Positions 37,305 through 46,112 of a stretch of DNA of 52,385 bases are shown piece after piece. The DNA comes from Acidimicrobiia bacterium (GTDB lineage Bacteria > Actinomycetota > Acidimicrobiia > UBA2766): NCBI GenBank assembly GCA_038904395.1, contig JBCKKC010000005.1:1-52385 (forward strand). The letters are read 5' to 3'. The notes below the pieces were generated by a model. The model worked only from the letters and a program-made list of their open reading frames with translations, ran no database searches and was not told the DNA's origin. The position numbers and the translations under genes are program-made. Position 1 is the first letter of the stretch, and every line of letters starts with the position of its first letter.

Positions 37305-40300
37305 TCAATTCTCGAGTCCAGCCACCTTGGCATTCACCCACGGCGTCCATTCCGCCACCTGTTCCATTAAGTCATAGTGGTCACTTTCGACATGAAACAC
37401 GTCAACGTTGAGACCTAGCTCCACGAGGGCCGAGTACTGGCGATTCTTCTGTTCGGGGTGACCGGCTGCACTGGCACTCACCAAGCGCACACTAACCGGA
37501 GATGCGAAAGGCTTGGGCCTGTGACCAGCCATCATGTTAAGCCAGTGCTGATAGCGATCGATCTGTGATTGGCTTCCGAGTCGGTCAAGCACGTCCAAGT
37601 CAGGGGCCACATCATCAATTACCCCGGGATCAAGATGGGTGTCCAGCAATGTGACGGCCACTTCATAGCCATGTGAAATCATCACATGTGCCACATCAAG
37701 GGCAAGGATGCCTGCCGATGACCAGCCGAGCAGTTCATAGGGTCCATCGATTGGCTGAGAACAGATCGCCTTTACGGCTTCGGGAACGAAATCTTCAATG
37801 TGACGCGTATCGGCCGACGGCGGCTTTACCCCAAAAACCTGCCTGTGTTGACCAAGTTGAACGGCGGCGGGCCAATAGGGCGTAAGAGAACCATGGGCGG
37901 GCAATACGAAAATCGGGCTGTCAGCTACTCGAGACGTCGTTTCGATGTCGCTGAGCAATGTGAGGCCTTCAGACACATAGACTCCCTGTCGGTCATGAAC
38001 GGGAGAACCGGCGCCGAATTCCGGGCGACCCGCTGACAACTTCTTGATCAGATCTGCCTGGTCTTTGATTGTCATTGCAGCGAAGAGATCGGGTAGAGAG
38101 GGAGAGACGTTGAAGGTCTTGCTCATAGCGCTACGCAGACCAATCAGAGTTAGCGAGTCACCGCCGAGTTCAAAAAAGTCATCGTCGGACCCGACAGACT
38201 CAATGGAGAGAAGTTCAACCCAAATTCGACCAACGGCACTTTCAACCTCGTCGAGAGGTTCTTGTCGAGGGATGGTCGCGTGTTCGACAGCGGCCTCAAC
38301 GGCAGGCAAGTCGTGATAGTTGACCTTGCCATTGGTCAATGTCGGGATAGCGTCGATAAACATGAACACGCTGGGCACCATGCTCAGGGGGAGATATTCA
38401 GAGAGCCAAGACCGCAGGGTCGAAGACTCTAGGGCAACGTCATCCTCAGGAACAACATAGGCAACTAGCCGTCGCGCTCCTGCATCTTCGGTAAAAGTAA
38501 TAACAACGGCGTTAGCAACTTGTGGGTGTCGCCGCAGGGCCACTTCAATCTCGAGTGGTTCTACACGCACACCGCGGATTTTTTCTTGCCTATCAATCCG
38601 TCCGATAAATTCAAGAGTTCCATCACCTCGGTAGCGAACGACGTCTCCGGTCCTATACATCCTCACGCCAGGTCTGCCATCGAACGGGTCCGGCAGGAAA
38701 CGTTGCGCTGTGTGGCCAGGCGCGCCAGCATATCCTCTAGCCACCCCGTCACCACCGATAAAGAGCTCACCGCAGGCTCCTATCGACACGGGCTGCAGGT
38801 CGCCATCGAGAACATAGCAGCGGGTATTCCTAATGGGGCATCCAATGGTGACAGACGAGCCTGGCTCGAGTCTCGATGTCGTCGACCAAATCGTCGTTTC
38901 GGTTGGGCCATACATGTTCCACACTTGAGCCCCTGTGGCAAGCAGATCATCGCAAAGGTCCCCTGCCAACGACTCACCTCCAACCAACACGCGCTTGCCA
39001 GTGCCGTTGCGCCACCCTGCATCTAAGAGAATCCGCCACATCGTGGGCACTGACTGGATCACATTGGCACCCGATGCTTCCATTTCTCCGATTGCTGATG
39101 CCGGATCGGCCATCCAATCAGATGGAGCAAGGGTCACATGTGCACCACAGGCCAAGGCTCCGAGGGTCTCCAGGATCGAGATGTCGAATGTCGGAGCTGT
39201 GAGCGAGTAGACCCGGTCGGACGGGCCTACTCCTGGCTCGAGTCTCATTGCCTCAATAAAACTATGTGCGCTCGTATGTGTGATTTGGACACCCTTGGGC
39301 TCGCCCGTTGAACCGGAAGTAAATATGACATAAGCCAAGTTGTCTGGACTCACCGCAACCGACGGATTGTTGGCCTTGGGGTCTTGTCCGTTGCCAAGCA
39401 CCTCATCCAGGCACATGCTCGTCACTCCGAGAGCAGCTTCAACGGCATCTGACCTTGATGGCACCAGCACCAAGCTAGATTGAGCGTTTGCCAGCATGGC
39501 GCTGCGCCGGGCCGCTGGAGCATTCGGAGAGAGCGGCAGCCAGGCCCCTCCTGCTTTTAAGATGGCCAGCATCGCAATAACACAGTCAATCGAGCGTTCC
39601 ATCTGAACGCCCACAACGTGCTCGGGCAAGACACCACCCGCAATCAGGTGGGTAGCCACGACGTTCGCTCGTTCATTTAGCTGACCAAATGTGAGCGTGG
39701 TTGCACCCGAGGTCACTGCAGGGTCATTGCCACGCGATAATGCTTGATCCTCGACCAGAGTGTGGATACAGCGACGCACTTCAGAGTTGTCAACTGGCCG
39801 GTTCCACACTTTTAATAGTTGGAGCGACTCATGGCGCGAAGCCGTCATGAGGCTGCGCAATGGCCGGTCCTTGAAGCGGACCATGCCCTTCAGCAGGTCT
39901 AGGTATCTCGTGACCAACAATTCAATGATTGCATCATCAAAGAGTTCGGTTGAATACTCCAAAGCACCACTCAACTCACCGCCACTCTGCTCAATCAAGA
40001 GGCTTAGATCGAATTTGGCCCCCTGTGACTCAAGCGGCAACCAAGTTGCTCCAACCGGCCCAAAGTCGAGTTCGGCTGAGGTGACATCAACGAGGCTAAA
40101 AGAAACCTGCGCTAGCGGCGAAATCGATAGGTTACGCTCCGGCGAAATCATGTCGACAATGTCTTCAAAGGGAACGCTGCGGTGCTCCAATGCTCTGAGA
40201 ACGCGACGATGCACCCCGTTCACGTTGTCTTGAACGGAGCCCGTCCGATCTAGTCTCGCCCGAATTGGCAACAGGTTGATGAAACAACCGATCGTGTGCT

Positions 40301-42947
40301 CTGCGTCGGCATCGTCACGTTGGAGATTCGGGCAGGCAACCACGAGGTCGTTCTCGCCGCTGTAGTCGCCCAGCAAAACGGCGAACGCCCCAAGCATTAG
40401 GTTGTGCAGACTTATGCGGCTAGCACGAGCCCAGCCGTGCAGCGCCGTGCCAAGATGAGCGTCAATTTGAAAGCGATGCGTTTTGCCTGCATGCAGAGCC
40501 CGAGTTGGGCGTGGCCTATCATGTGGAAGATCAATAGTGCGGGGAGCATCGGCTAGTTCACCTTGCCAAAATTCCATATCGGCCCGATATTTTTCAGACT
40601 GGCGTTGGGCCAATTGTCTTTGCACAAGAGTCTGATATTGGACTGGCACCGGCCGCAATGGCGATTGCTCTCCGATGCTAAACGCCTTGTACAACATGCT
40701 GAGCTCGTCAAAGAACATAGCTGTTGCCGCGGCGTCGGCTGCCGTGTGGTGGCACACCACAACAAGAACGTGACAGTCGTCATCCAGACGCGCAAGGCCG
40801 ACTCGGACTGGCAGGTCACGTTGAAGATCAAACTTGCACCCCACGAACTTGCGCACCGGCTCGGACTCTAACCAGGTCTCAATACCCTCATCAGCAGCGC
40901 CGGCCTCAAGGGTGACAATTGACACATCTGGCGCGTTCCGCACGAGTGCCTTCGGTGATCCATCAGCCACCACGATGGAGGTGCGAAGGGCCTCGTGCCG
41001 ATGCATGATCTCGGTTAGGCAGCGCTCAAGGATCGCCACGTCGAGTGGCCCATCGAAGGCAACAGCGGCCGGCATGTGCAGAGAAGAACCCGCAGTGCCA
41101 AGTTCCTCTAAGAACCAGAACCGCTTTTGGGCAGAGGATAATTCGGACAGCTTCGATTCAGGCGCAGGGATCAGCGGAAGGCGAATCCGCGACAGGTGAT
41201 GCGCCCCCGAAAGAATGTCAATCCGCGGGGGTGGTGACAACTCTGGCGTTGCCGCGTTATCGCAATCGGCCCCGGTAATTGCTACCCGAATCCTGCTGCC
41301 GGGCGAAAATACATACGATATTGGATGCAAATCGAAGGCAAGTTCAATGGGTGATGAGCCGACGGGCTCAATATCGGTTGATAAGCCTCTGTGATAGGGC
41401 AGCCCGAGGCGCTCAAGTGAGTCCTGGGCGGTGATCCTATGTGAAGCCCGTAAGCAGCCTTCTGTCACATAAGTCGACTTGCCAGCACTATCGACCTCTT
41501 CGAGATAGACAAATAGATCGAAGTCGGGCGCGGCTGTGCGAGCGTAAAGATGCACGACCGGATGCCCGGTGATTTCCGTGCCTTCTACCAGCGGTTCCGA
41601 GGTGTAGCAAAGCGCTTTCTCGTCGTTCTCGGCCATGTCGCCATAATGGAACGGCCCGCCATAACCACTCACCCATCGGCTGCCAGGGCCTGACGTGGTT
41701 GTGTAGTCCACTTCGTAGCTATCGAAAGCATCCCCTTGATCAGGTGCACGCTCTGACAGAAGTCCTGAACCCACATGAAAATAGAAGTCGGCCGGAACCT
41801 CATCTTGGAGCGGCCAATGGTCAGTGGTGCGCCATTCATCTCCCTTTGGAGCACCCAAAGTGTAGTAACTGATGGCCGGATCATCCGTTACGCCCGTGTC
41901 AATACCCTTGAGCCAATAGTCAAACCAGCGCTTGTGTTGATGAGAAAGATTGAGTCCTGAACCACCAGCTTGCCCAGTGGCATGCGACCAAGGGCCAATA
42001 ATTAGCTTGTGAGAGACACTGAGGTTTTTGTGCCACAACAGCGCATCACGCGTCCAAATGTCATACCAACCGCCAAGATGGCAAACGGGAATAGCCGCAT
42101 CATTAAGGGCCGCTAGACGTTCATGCGGACTGCGGGCAAAATAAGGTTGTTCCCCCTCAGAAAGCTGCGAATCACGCAGGGGCAACTGCTCGAACATCGC
42201 TACAGTGTCGCTATTGCGAGCGTGATCTCGATGAGCCCGTGCGAGCAACTCGCCGTTCGGGTCATCATCAAGGGGCACTGCTGCCGCTGTCATGTCGTCG
42301 TCGCGAACACCATCACCCCAAGAGCGGGCAAAGTCATCCCTGAAAATGCCGCCATCCCATCCGAACGCGTATAGATCGAACAGAGCCATTTGCGGAAAGA
42401 TCGCCTTGAGATGCGGCGGCGCTGCGGAGGCGGCCAAGTACTGCGATATGCCAAGGTAAGACCGCCCAAACATGCCGACATTCCCGTCACACCAGTCTTG
42501 AGCGGCAATCCATTCGGTAATGTCATAGGCGTCACAGGCCTCGACGGGGGCAAATGGGCCGTTGTTGATTCCGCACGACGCACCAGTTCCACGCACATCA
42601 ACGACGATAACTACATACCCCGCGTTGAGCAGATGCGCTGCGTAAGGAAAGTTGTCGAGCGAGATGTCCGCCGTGGATCCTGAGTCGATGACGGACACAT
42701 CGACCTCAAGGCCAAGTAGCCGGGCCTTCTCGAGAAATTCGGCCCCAGCCGGCCTCTGGTGAACCTGGTGATAGCGGTCATGTGCCCAAACAACAGGTAA
42801 CGGCCGCGCAACCAGCGCACCGGATTCAAGTGGACGGAAAACATAGGTTGCCAGGAGCGTAGCGTCGCGCATTGCAACATAGCTTGATTGACACACCCAA
42901 TCTTGCGCCAAGTTTCCGTCTGCAGATTGTGTAATGGTAGCGACCAA
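37305..42947 (-). CDS. NRPS termination module with N-terminal CocE/NonD hydrolase: CocE-C-A(Gly)-PCP-TE
   Basis: CocE motifs MRDATLL, DVRGTGAS, GRSYLG, GWYD, GPWSH; C HHTAAD; A pocket read as DILQLGMIWK; PCP LGGDSL; TE GWSSAG and DHY. Confidence 0.92.
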   Translation of the reverse strand: MVATITQSADGNLAQDWVCQSSYVAMRDATLLATYVFRPLESGALVARPLPVVWAHDRYHQVHQRPAGAEFLEKARLLGLEVDVSVIDSGSTADISLDNFPYAAHLLNAGYVVIVVDVRGTGASCGINNGPFAPVEACDAYDITEWIAAQDWCDGNVGMFGRSYLGISQYLAASAAPPHLKAIFPQMALFDLYAFGWDGGIFRDDFARSWGDGVRDDDMTAAAVPLDDDPNGELLARAHRDHARNSDTVAMFEQLPLRDSQLSEGEQPYFARSPHERLAALNDAAIPVCHLGGWYDIWTRDALLWHKNLSVSHKLIIGPWSHATGQAGGSGLNLSHQHKRWFDYWLKGIDTGVTDDPAISYYTLGAPKGDEWRTTDHWPLQDEVPADFYFHVGSGLLSERAPDQGDAFDSYEVDYTTTSGPGSRWVSGYGGPFHYGDMAENDEKALCYTSEPLVEGTEITGHPVVHLYARTAAPDFDLFVYLEEVDSAGKSTYVTEGCLRASHRITAQDSLERLGLPYHRGLSTDIEPVGSSPIELAFDLHPISYVFSPGSRIRVAITGADCDNAATPELSPPPRIDILSGAHHLSRIRLPLIPAPESKLSELSSAQKRFWFLEELGTAGSSLHMPAAVAFDGPLDVAILERCLTEIMHRHEALRTSIVVADGSPKALVRNAPDVSIVTLEAGAADEGIETWLESEPVRKFVGCKFDLQRDLPVRVGLARLDDDCHVLVVVCHHTAADAAATAMFFDELSMLYKAFSIGEQSPLRPVPVQYQTLVQRQLAQRQSEKYRADMEFWQGELADAPRTIDLPHDRPRPTRALHAGKTHRFQIDAHLGTALHGWARASRISLHNLMLGAFAVLLGDYSGENDLVVACPNLQRDDADAEHTIGCFINLLPIRARLDRTGSVQDNVNGVHRRVLRALEHRSVPFEDIVDMISPERNLSISPLAQVSFSLVDVTSAELDFGPVGATWLPLESQGAKFDLSLLIEQSGGELSGALEYSTELFDDAIIELLVTRYLDLLKGMVRFKDRPLRSLMTASRHESLQLLKVWNRPVDNSEVRRCIHTLVEDQALSRGNDPAVTSGATTLTFGQLNERANVVATHLIAGGVLPEHVVGVQMERSIDCVIAMLAILKAGGAWLPLSPNAPAARRSAMLANAQSSLVLVPSRSDAVEAALGVTSMCLDEVLGNGQDPKANNPSVAVSPDNLAYVIFTSGSTGEPKGVQITHTSAHSFIEAMRLEPGVGPSDRVYSLTAPTFDISILETLGALACGAHVTLAPSDWMADPASAIGEMEASGANVIQSVPTMWRILLDAGWRNGTGKRVLVGGESLAGDLCDDLLATGAQVWNMYGPTETTIWSTTSRLEPGSSVTIGCPIRNTRCYVLDGDLQPVSIGACGELFIGGDGVARGYAGAPGHTAQRFLPDPFDGRPGVRMYRTGDVVRYRGDGTLEFIGRIDRQEKIRGVRVEPLEIEVALRRHPQVANAVVITFTEDAGARRLVAYVVPEDDVALESSTLRSWLSEYLPLSMVPSVFMFIDAIPTLTNGKVNYHDLPAVEAAVEHATIPRQEPLDEVESAVGRIWVELLSIESVGSDDDFFELGGDSLTLIGLRSAMSKTFNVSPSLPDLFAAMTIKDQADLIKKLSAGRPEFGAGSPVHDRQGVYVSEGLTLLSDIETTSRVADSPIFVLPAHGSLTPYWPAAVQLGQHRQVFGVKPPSADTRHIEDFVPEAVKAICSQPIDGPYELLGWSSAGILALDVAHVMISHGYEVAVTLLDTHLDPGVIDDVAPDLDVLDRLGSQSQIDRYQHWLNMMAGHRPKPFASPVSVRLVSASAAGHPEQKNRQYSALVELGLNVDVFHVESDHYDLMEQVAEWTPWVNAKVAGLEN

Positions 42948-43078
42948 GGACGTTAGGCCCCTTCTGCCAAAGGCGCTGGACTATGCCACCGGTGCCGGCA
43001 ACAAGATCATGACTGTGCGTCAGATCGTAATCTATGGACGCAGCCAATTTCTCAAAGTCATAACCACTACGCCCCCCT

Positions 43079-43226
43079 CGTCATCCTGAGGGAGGCGCCA
43101 GCCGACCGTGAGGATCCATACTGCGGCGAAGCCGCAGACCAACCGGCATGGTCGAGCCATTTCGAATTGCTCGCTGCGCTCGCACAACAGTAATGCCTGG
43201 ATTGCTTCGCTTCGCTCGCAATGACG
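43079..43226. repeat. Composite CGTC-type REP element in the divergent promoter region of the cluster
   Basis: Left part resembles the reverse complement of 36947-37057; right part resembles 33063-33134 and the reverse complement of 6999-7027. Confidence 0.88.
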
Positions 43227-43377
43227 GGAAGGCTGGTAGCGGCCCTCGGGCCCAGAACACGTGAATGGCTACCTACTTACAAACAAAATGAGTCATCTCG
43301 CTAATAGTGTTTGGCGAGGTCGGAACTTGCGTCTCTCACGAAAGAGTGCATCTGTTGGAGTGGAGGGGACTGATACT

Positions 43378-44643
43378 GTGCCAGACAATCGCCCGGTAGC
43401 AACAATTGAAGGTAGCGCTGGACTCGACCAGGCTCTCGCGCATTGCATCAACCCGCTGATCCAGCACGCGCAAGGCTCACATTCGCGTCATCTGGGACGC
43501 TTCTATGCTGAATCATCATATGAGCAACGACGTCATGAGCCAGACGCAATAGACCTCACTTTTGGCAATCCGCACGAAATGCCTCCGGACGGTCTCATCG
43601 CTCTGTTGCAAGAGGCAGCTATTCCAAAACGGGCCAACTGGTTTTCATATCTGCGCCATCATGAACCCGCCCGACAGGCTATTGCATCGACGCTATCGGA
43701 AGAGTTCCAGGCAACGGTCACGCCCGGCCACATCGCTATGACAAATGGGGCCTTTGCCGGTCTAATGACATGCTTGCGCACCGTGTGCACACCCGGGTCG
43801 GAAGTGATCTATTTCACACCGGGATGGTTTTACTACGAAGCGATGATTCTGGCTGCTGGGGCAAGTCCGGTCGCTGTGCCAGCAGATCCTAGAACATGGC
43901 AACTCGATCTGAATTTGCTCGAGGCAAGCCTGTCAGAGAGAACGAGTGCTGTAATTATCAACACTCCGAACAATCCAACCGGTGCGATCTACAGCGACGA
44001 AACTCTCCAAGCCCTCAGTGCGATTCTTTCGAAGGCGTCAAATCGTATCGGGCGCCCGATCTATGTTCTCTCAGACGAGTCTTACAAGCGCATAGTCTTT
44101 GACGACAATACGAGTGCAAGCATCGTCGCTCATTACCCGTGGTCATTTCTCATCTACACCTTGACCAAAACACTGCTTATGCCGGGCGAGCGCATTGGCT
44201 ACCTTGCACTATCTCCGCACATGCCCGATGCTGGCGAGATGTCTGAAGCTATCACCGTTACCCAACTGATGACTGGGTGGGCTTTTCCCAACAACACATT
44301 GCAATACGCGCTGGCAGATCTTGAAACTTGGAGTGTCGATGTCGGCCCGATTCAGCGCCGACGCGATCTCATGGTCAAGGGTTTGCGCGAGTTGGGATTC
44401 GAAGTAACGCAAAGCGCTGGTACCTTCTATCTTCTTGTCCGGTCGCCCGATCATGACGATTGGGCGTATTGCGAAATGCTCGCCGAAGTTGGCCTGCTCG
44501 TTTTACCTGGCTGCGTGATGGGGGCTCCGGGCTATTTCCGTATATCACTGACAGCACCGGATGATCAGCTGCATTCAGCACTTGAGCGGCTTAAGTGCTT
44601 TGGGCTGCCCTCGCCGGAAATCGACCAGTCCAACGCCCGATGA
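43378..44643 (+). CDS. PLP-dependent aminotransferase, class I/II
   Basis: INTPNNPTG, SDESY, TLTKTLLMPGERIGY (PLP Lys), YFRISL; GTG start after GGAGGGG. Confidence 0.92.
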   Translation: MPDNRPVATIEGSAGLDQALAHCINPLIQHAQGSHSRHLGRFYAESSYEQRRHEPDAIDLTFGNPHEMPPDGLIALLQEAAIPKRANWFSYLRHHEPARQAIASTLSEEFQATVTPGHIAMTNGAFAGLMTCLRTVCTPGSEVIYFTPGWFYYEAMILAAGASPVAVPADPRTWQLDLNLLEASLSERTSAVIINTPNNPTGAIYSDETLQALSAILSKASNRIGRPIYVLSDESYKRIVFDDNTSASIVAHYPWSFLIYTLTKTLLMPGERIGYLALSPHMPDAGEMSEAITVTQLMTGWAFPNNTLQYALADLETWSVDVGPIQRRRDLMVKGLRELGFEVTQSAGTFYLLVRSPDHDDWAYCEMLAEVGLLVLPGCVMGAPGYFRISLTAPDDQLHSALERLKCFGLPSPEIDQSNAR

Positions 44644-44666
44644 CACTGTGAGGACAGGAGTTACTT

Positions 44667-46112
44667 TTGAATTCTGATGTAGAGGTTTATCTCAAGCGAG
44701 CACGAATTGCCCAACAAGCTATCGCTCATTGGGACCAAGAACTCGTTGACAACATGGTCAGGGCTGTTGCGTGGCAGAGCTATGCACCAGCAAACGTGGG
44801 TCTCCTATCTGATCTGGCCTATGAGGAAACCGGGTTAGGCGACCCGGTTGACCTCTTCGCCTTGCATCGACAGCGCGTGATTGGCACGCTGCACGATCTT
44901 GAAGATGTACAGACAATCGGCCCCATCGAAACACGACTCGCAGAGGGGCTCGTGAAATTCGCTAAACCCGTAGGCGTGATCGCGGCCGCGACGCCGGCAA
45001 CAGCTCCTTGTTCGGGAATCACCTGCAATGCCCTGCAAATGATCAAGACCCGCAATGCCGTCATTTTTAGCCCCAATCCGCGCAGCCAAGCAGCTGCGAT
45101 CAAAACTGTAGAAATATTGCGGATTGGCCTCGAAGCAGCTGGGGCGCCACCCGACCTGCTGCAGTGCCTCACACCTAGCACCCGCCAACGCTCAAGCGAG
45201 CTCATGAAAGGTGTCGACCTCGTTGTGGCCTCGGGTGGGCCGGGAACAGTCGAGCGAGCGTATACCAGTGGGACCCCCGCAATCGGAGCTGGCGTTGGCA
45301 ATCCCAGTGTCATCGTCGACGAAACCGCCGACCTGCAAGCTGCTGCCAGCATGACCGCTGCAGGCGCCGGCTACAACAACGGAACATCTTGTTCGTCTGA
45401 GAGCAATGTGCTTGTGGCCGAGGCTGTCGTAGCCGAATTCAGAGAGCTTCTGTCTGAATGTGACGCACACATTTGCAGCAGCGTCGAGTCTGAACAAGTC
45501 AGCAAGTTACTTTGGCCCGAGGGAACTGTGCTAAATCGCGATGCGGTCGGCCAACCGGCCCCTGTGCTCGCCCAAATGGCCGGCTTCCATGTAGATGTGA
45601 GTTGTCGAGTGCTGGTCGTGCAAGCTACAGACTCGTCAATTGAGAACCCTGTGTTCACGGAAAAACTCGCTCCAGTACTCACACTCGTGCCATTTCAAGA
45701 CTTTGCTGAGGCCATTCAAATAGTCAAAACGATCGGCGACAAGTCGGGCCGGGGCCACAGTTGCGGTATTCATAGCTCAGATGAGTCTCGCATCAACGAA
45801 GTGGCGCGTCACGTCGAGTTCTGTCGCTTGATCGTCAACCAATCGACAGCATTTGCCAATAGCGGAAGTCTCGGCAATGGCTTACCGTTTACGTCAGTCG
45901 TTGCTTCTGGCACATGGGGAGGCTGCGCCCAGTCTGAAAACATTACCTGGCGCCATTTCTTAAATTACACGTGGGTCTCGCGCCCAATTACTCCAACAGA
46001 ACCCGTCGAAGACCAAATTTTTGGCAAGTGGTGGCAGTCAGAGGCATACGCGGAACTGGAAGAGGTCGCCATCGCCGACACAGACCGTGAACGGAAAGTA
46101 GCACCCTCGTGA
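44667..46112 (+). CDS. CoA-acylating aldehyde dehydrogenase family protein (SauS/SucD/AdhE-N-like)
   Basis: KPVGVI, KTRNAVIFSP, GGPGTV..AYTSG.PAIGAGVGN, catalytic TSCSSE, EKLAPVL, GTWGG...SENI. Confidence 0.88.
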   Translation: MNSDVEVYLKRARIAQQAIAHWDQELVDNMVRAVAWQSYAPANVGLLSDLAYEETGLGDPVDLFALHRQRVIGTLHDLEDVQTIGPIETRLAEGLVKFAKPVGVIAAATPATAPCSGITCNALQMIKTRNAVIFSPNPRSQAAAIKTVEILRIGLEAAGAPPDLLQCLTPSTRQRSSELMKGVDLVVASGGPGTVERAYTSGTPAIGAGVGNPSVIVDETADLQAAASMTAAGAGYNNGTSCSSESNVLVAEAVVAEFRELLSECDAHICSSVESEQVSKLLWPEGTVLNRDAVGQPAPVLAQMAGFHVDVSCRVLVVQATDSSIENPVFTEKLAPVLTLVPFQDFAEAIQIVKTIGDKSGRGHSCGIHSSDESRINEVARHVEFCRLIVNQSTAFANSGSLGNGLPFTSVVASGTWGGCAQSENITWRHFLNYTWVSRPITPTEPVEDQIFGKWWQSEAYAELEEVAIADTDRERKVAPS

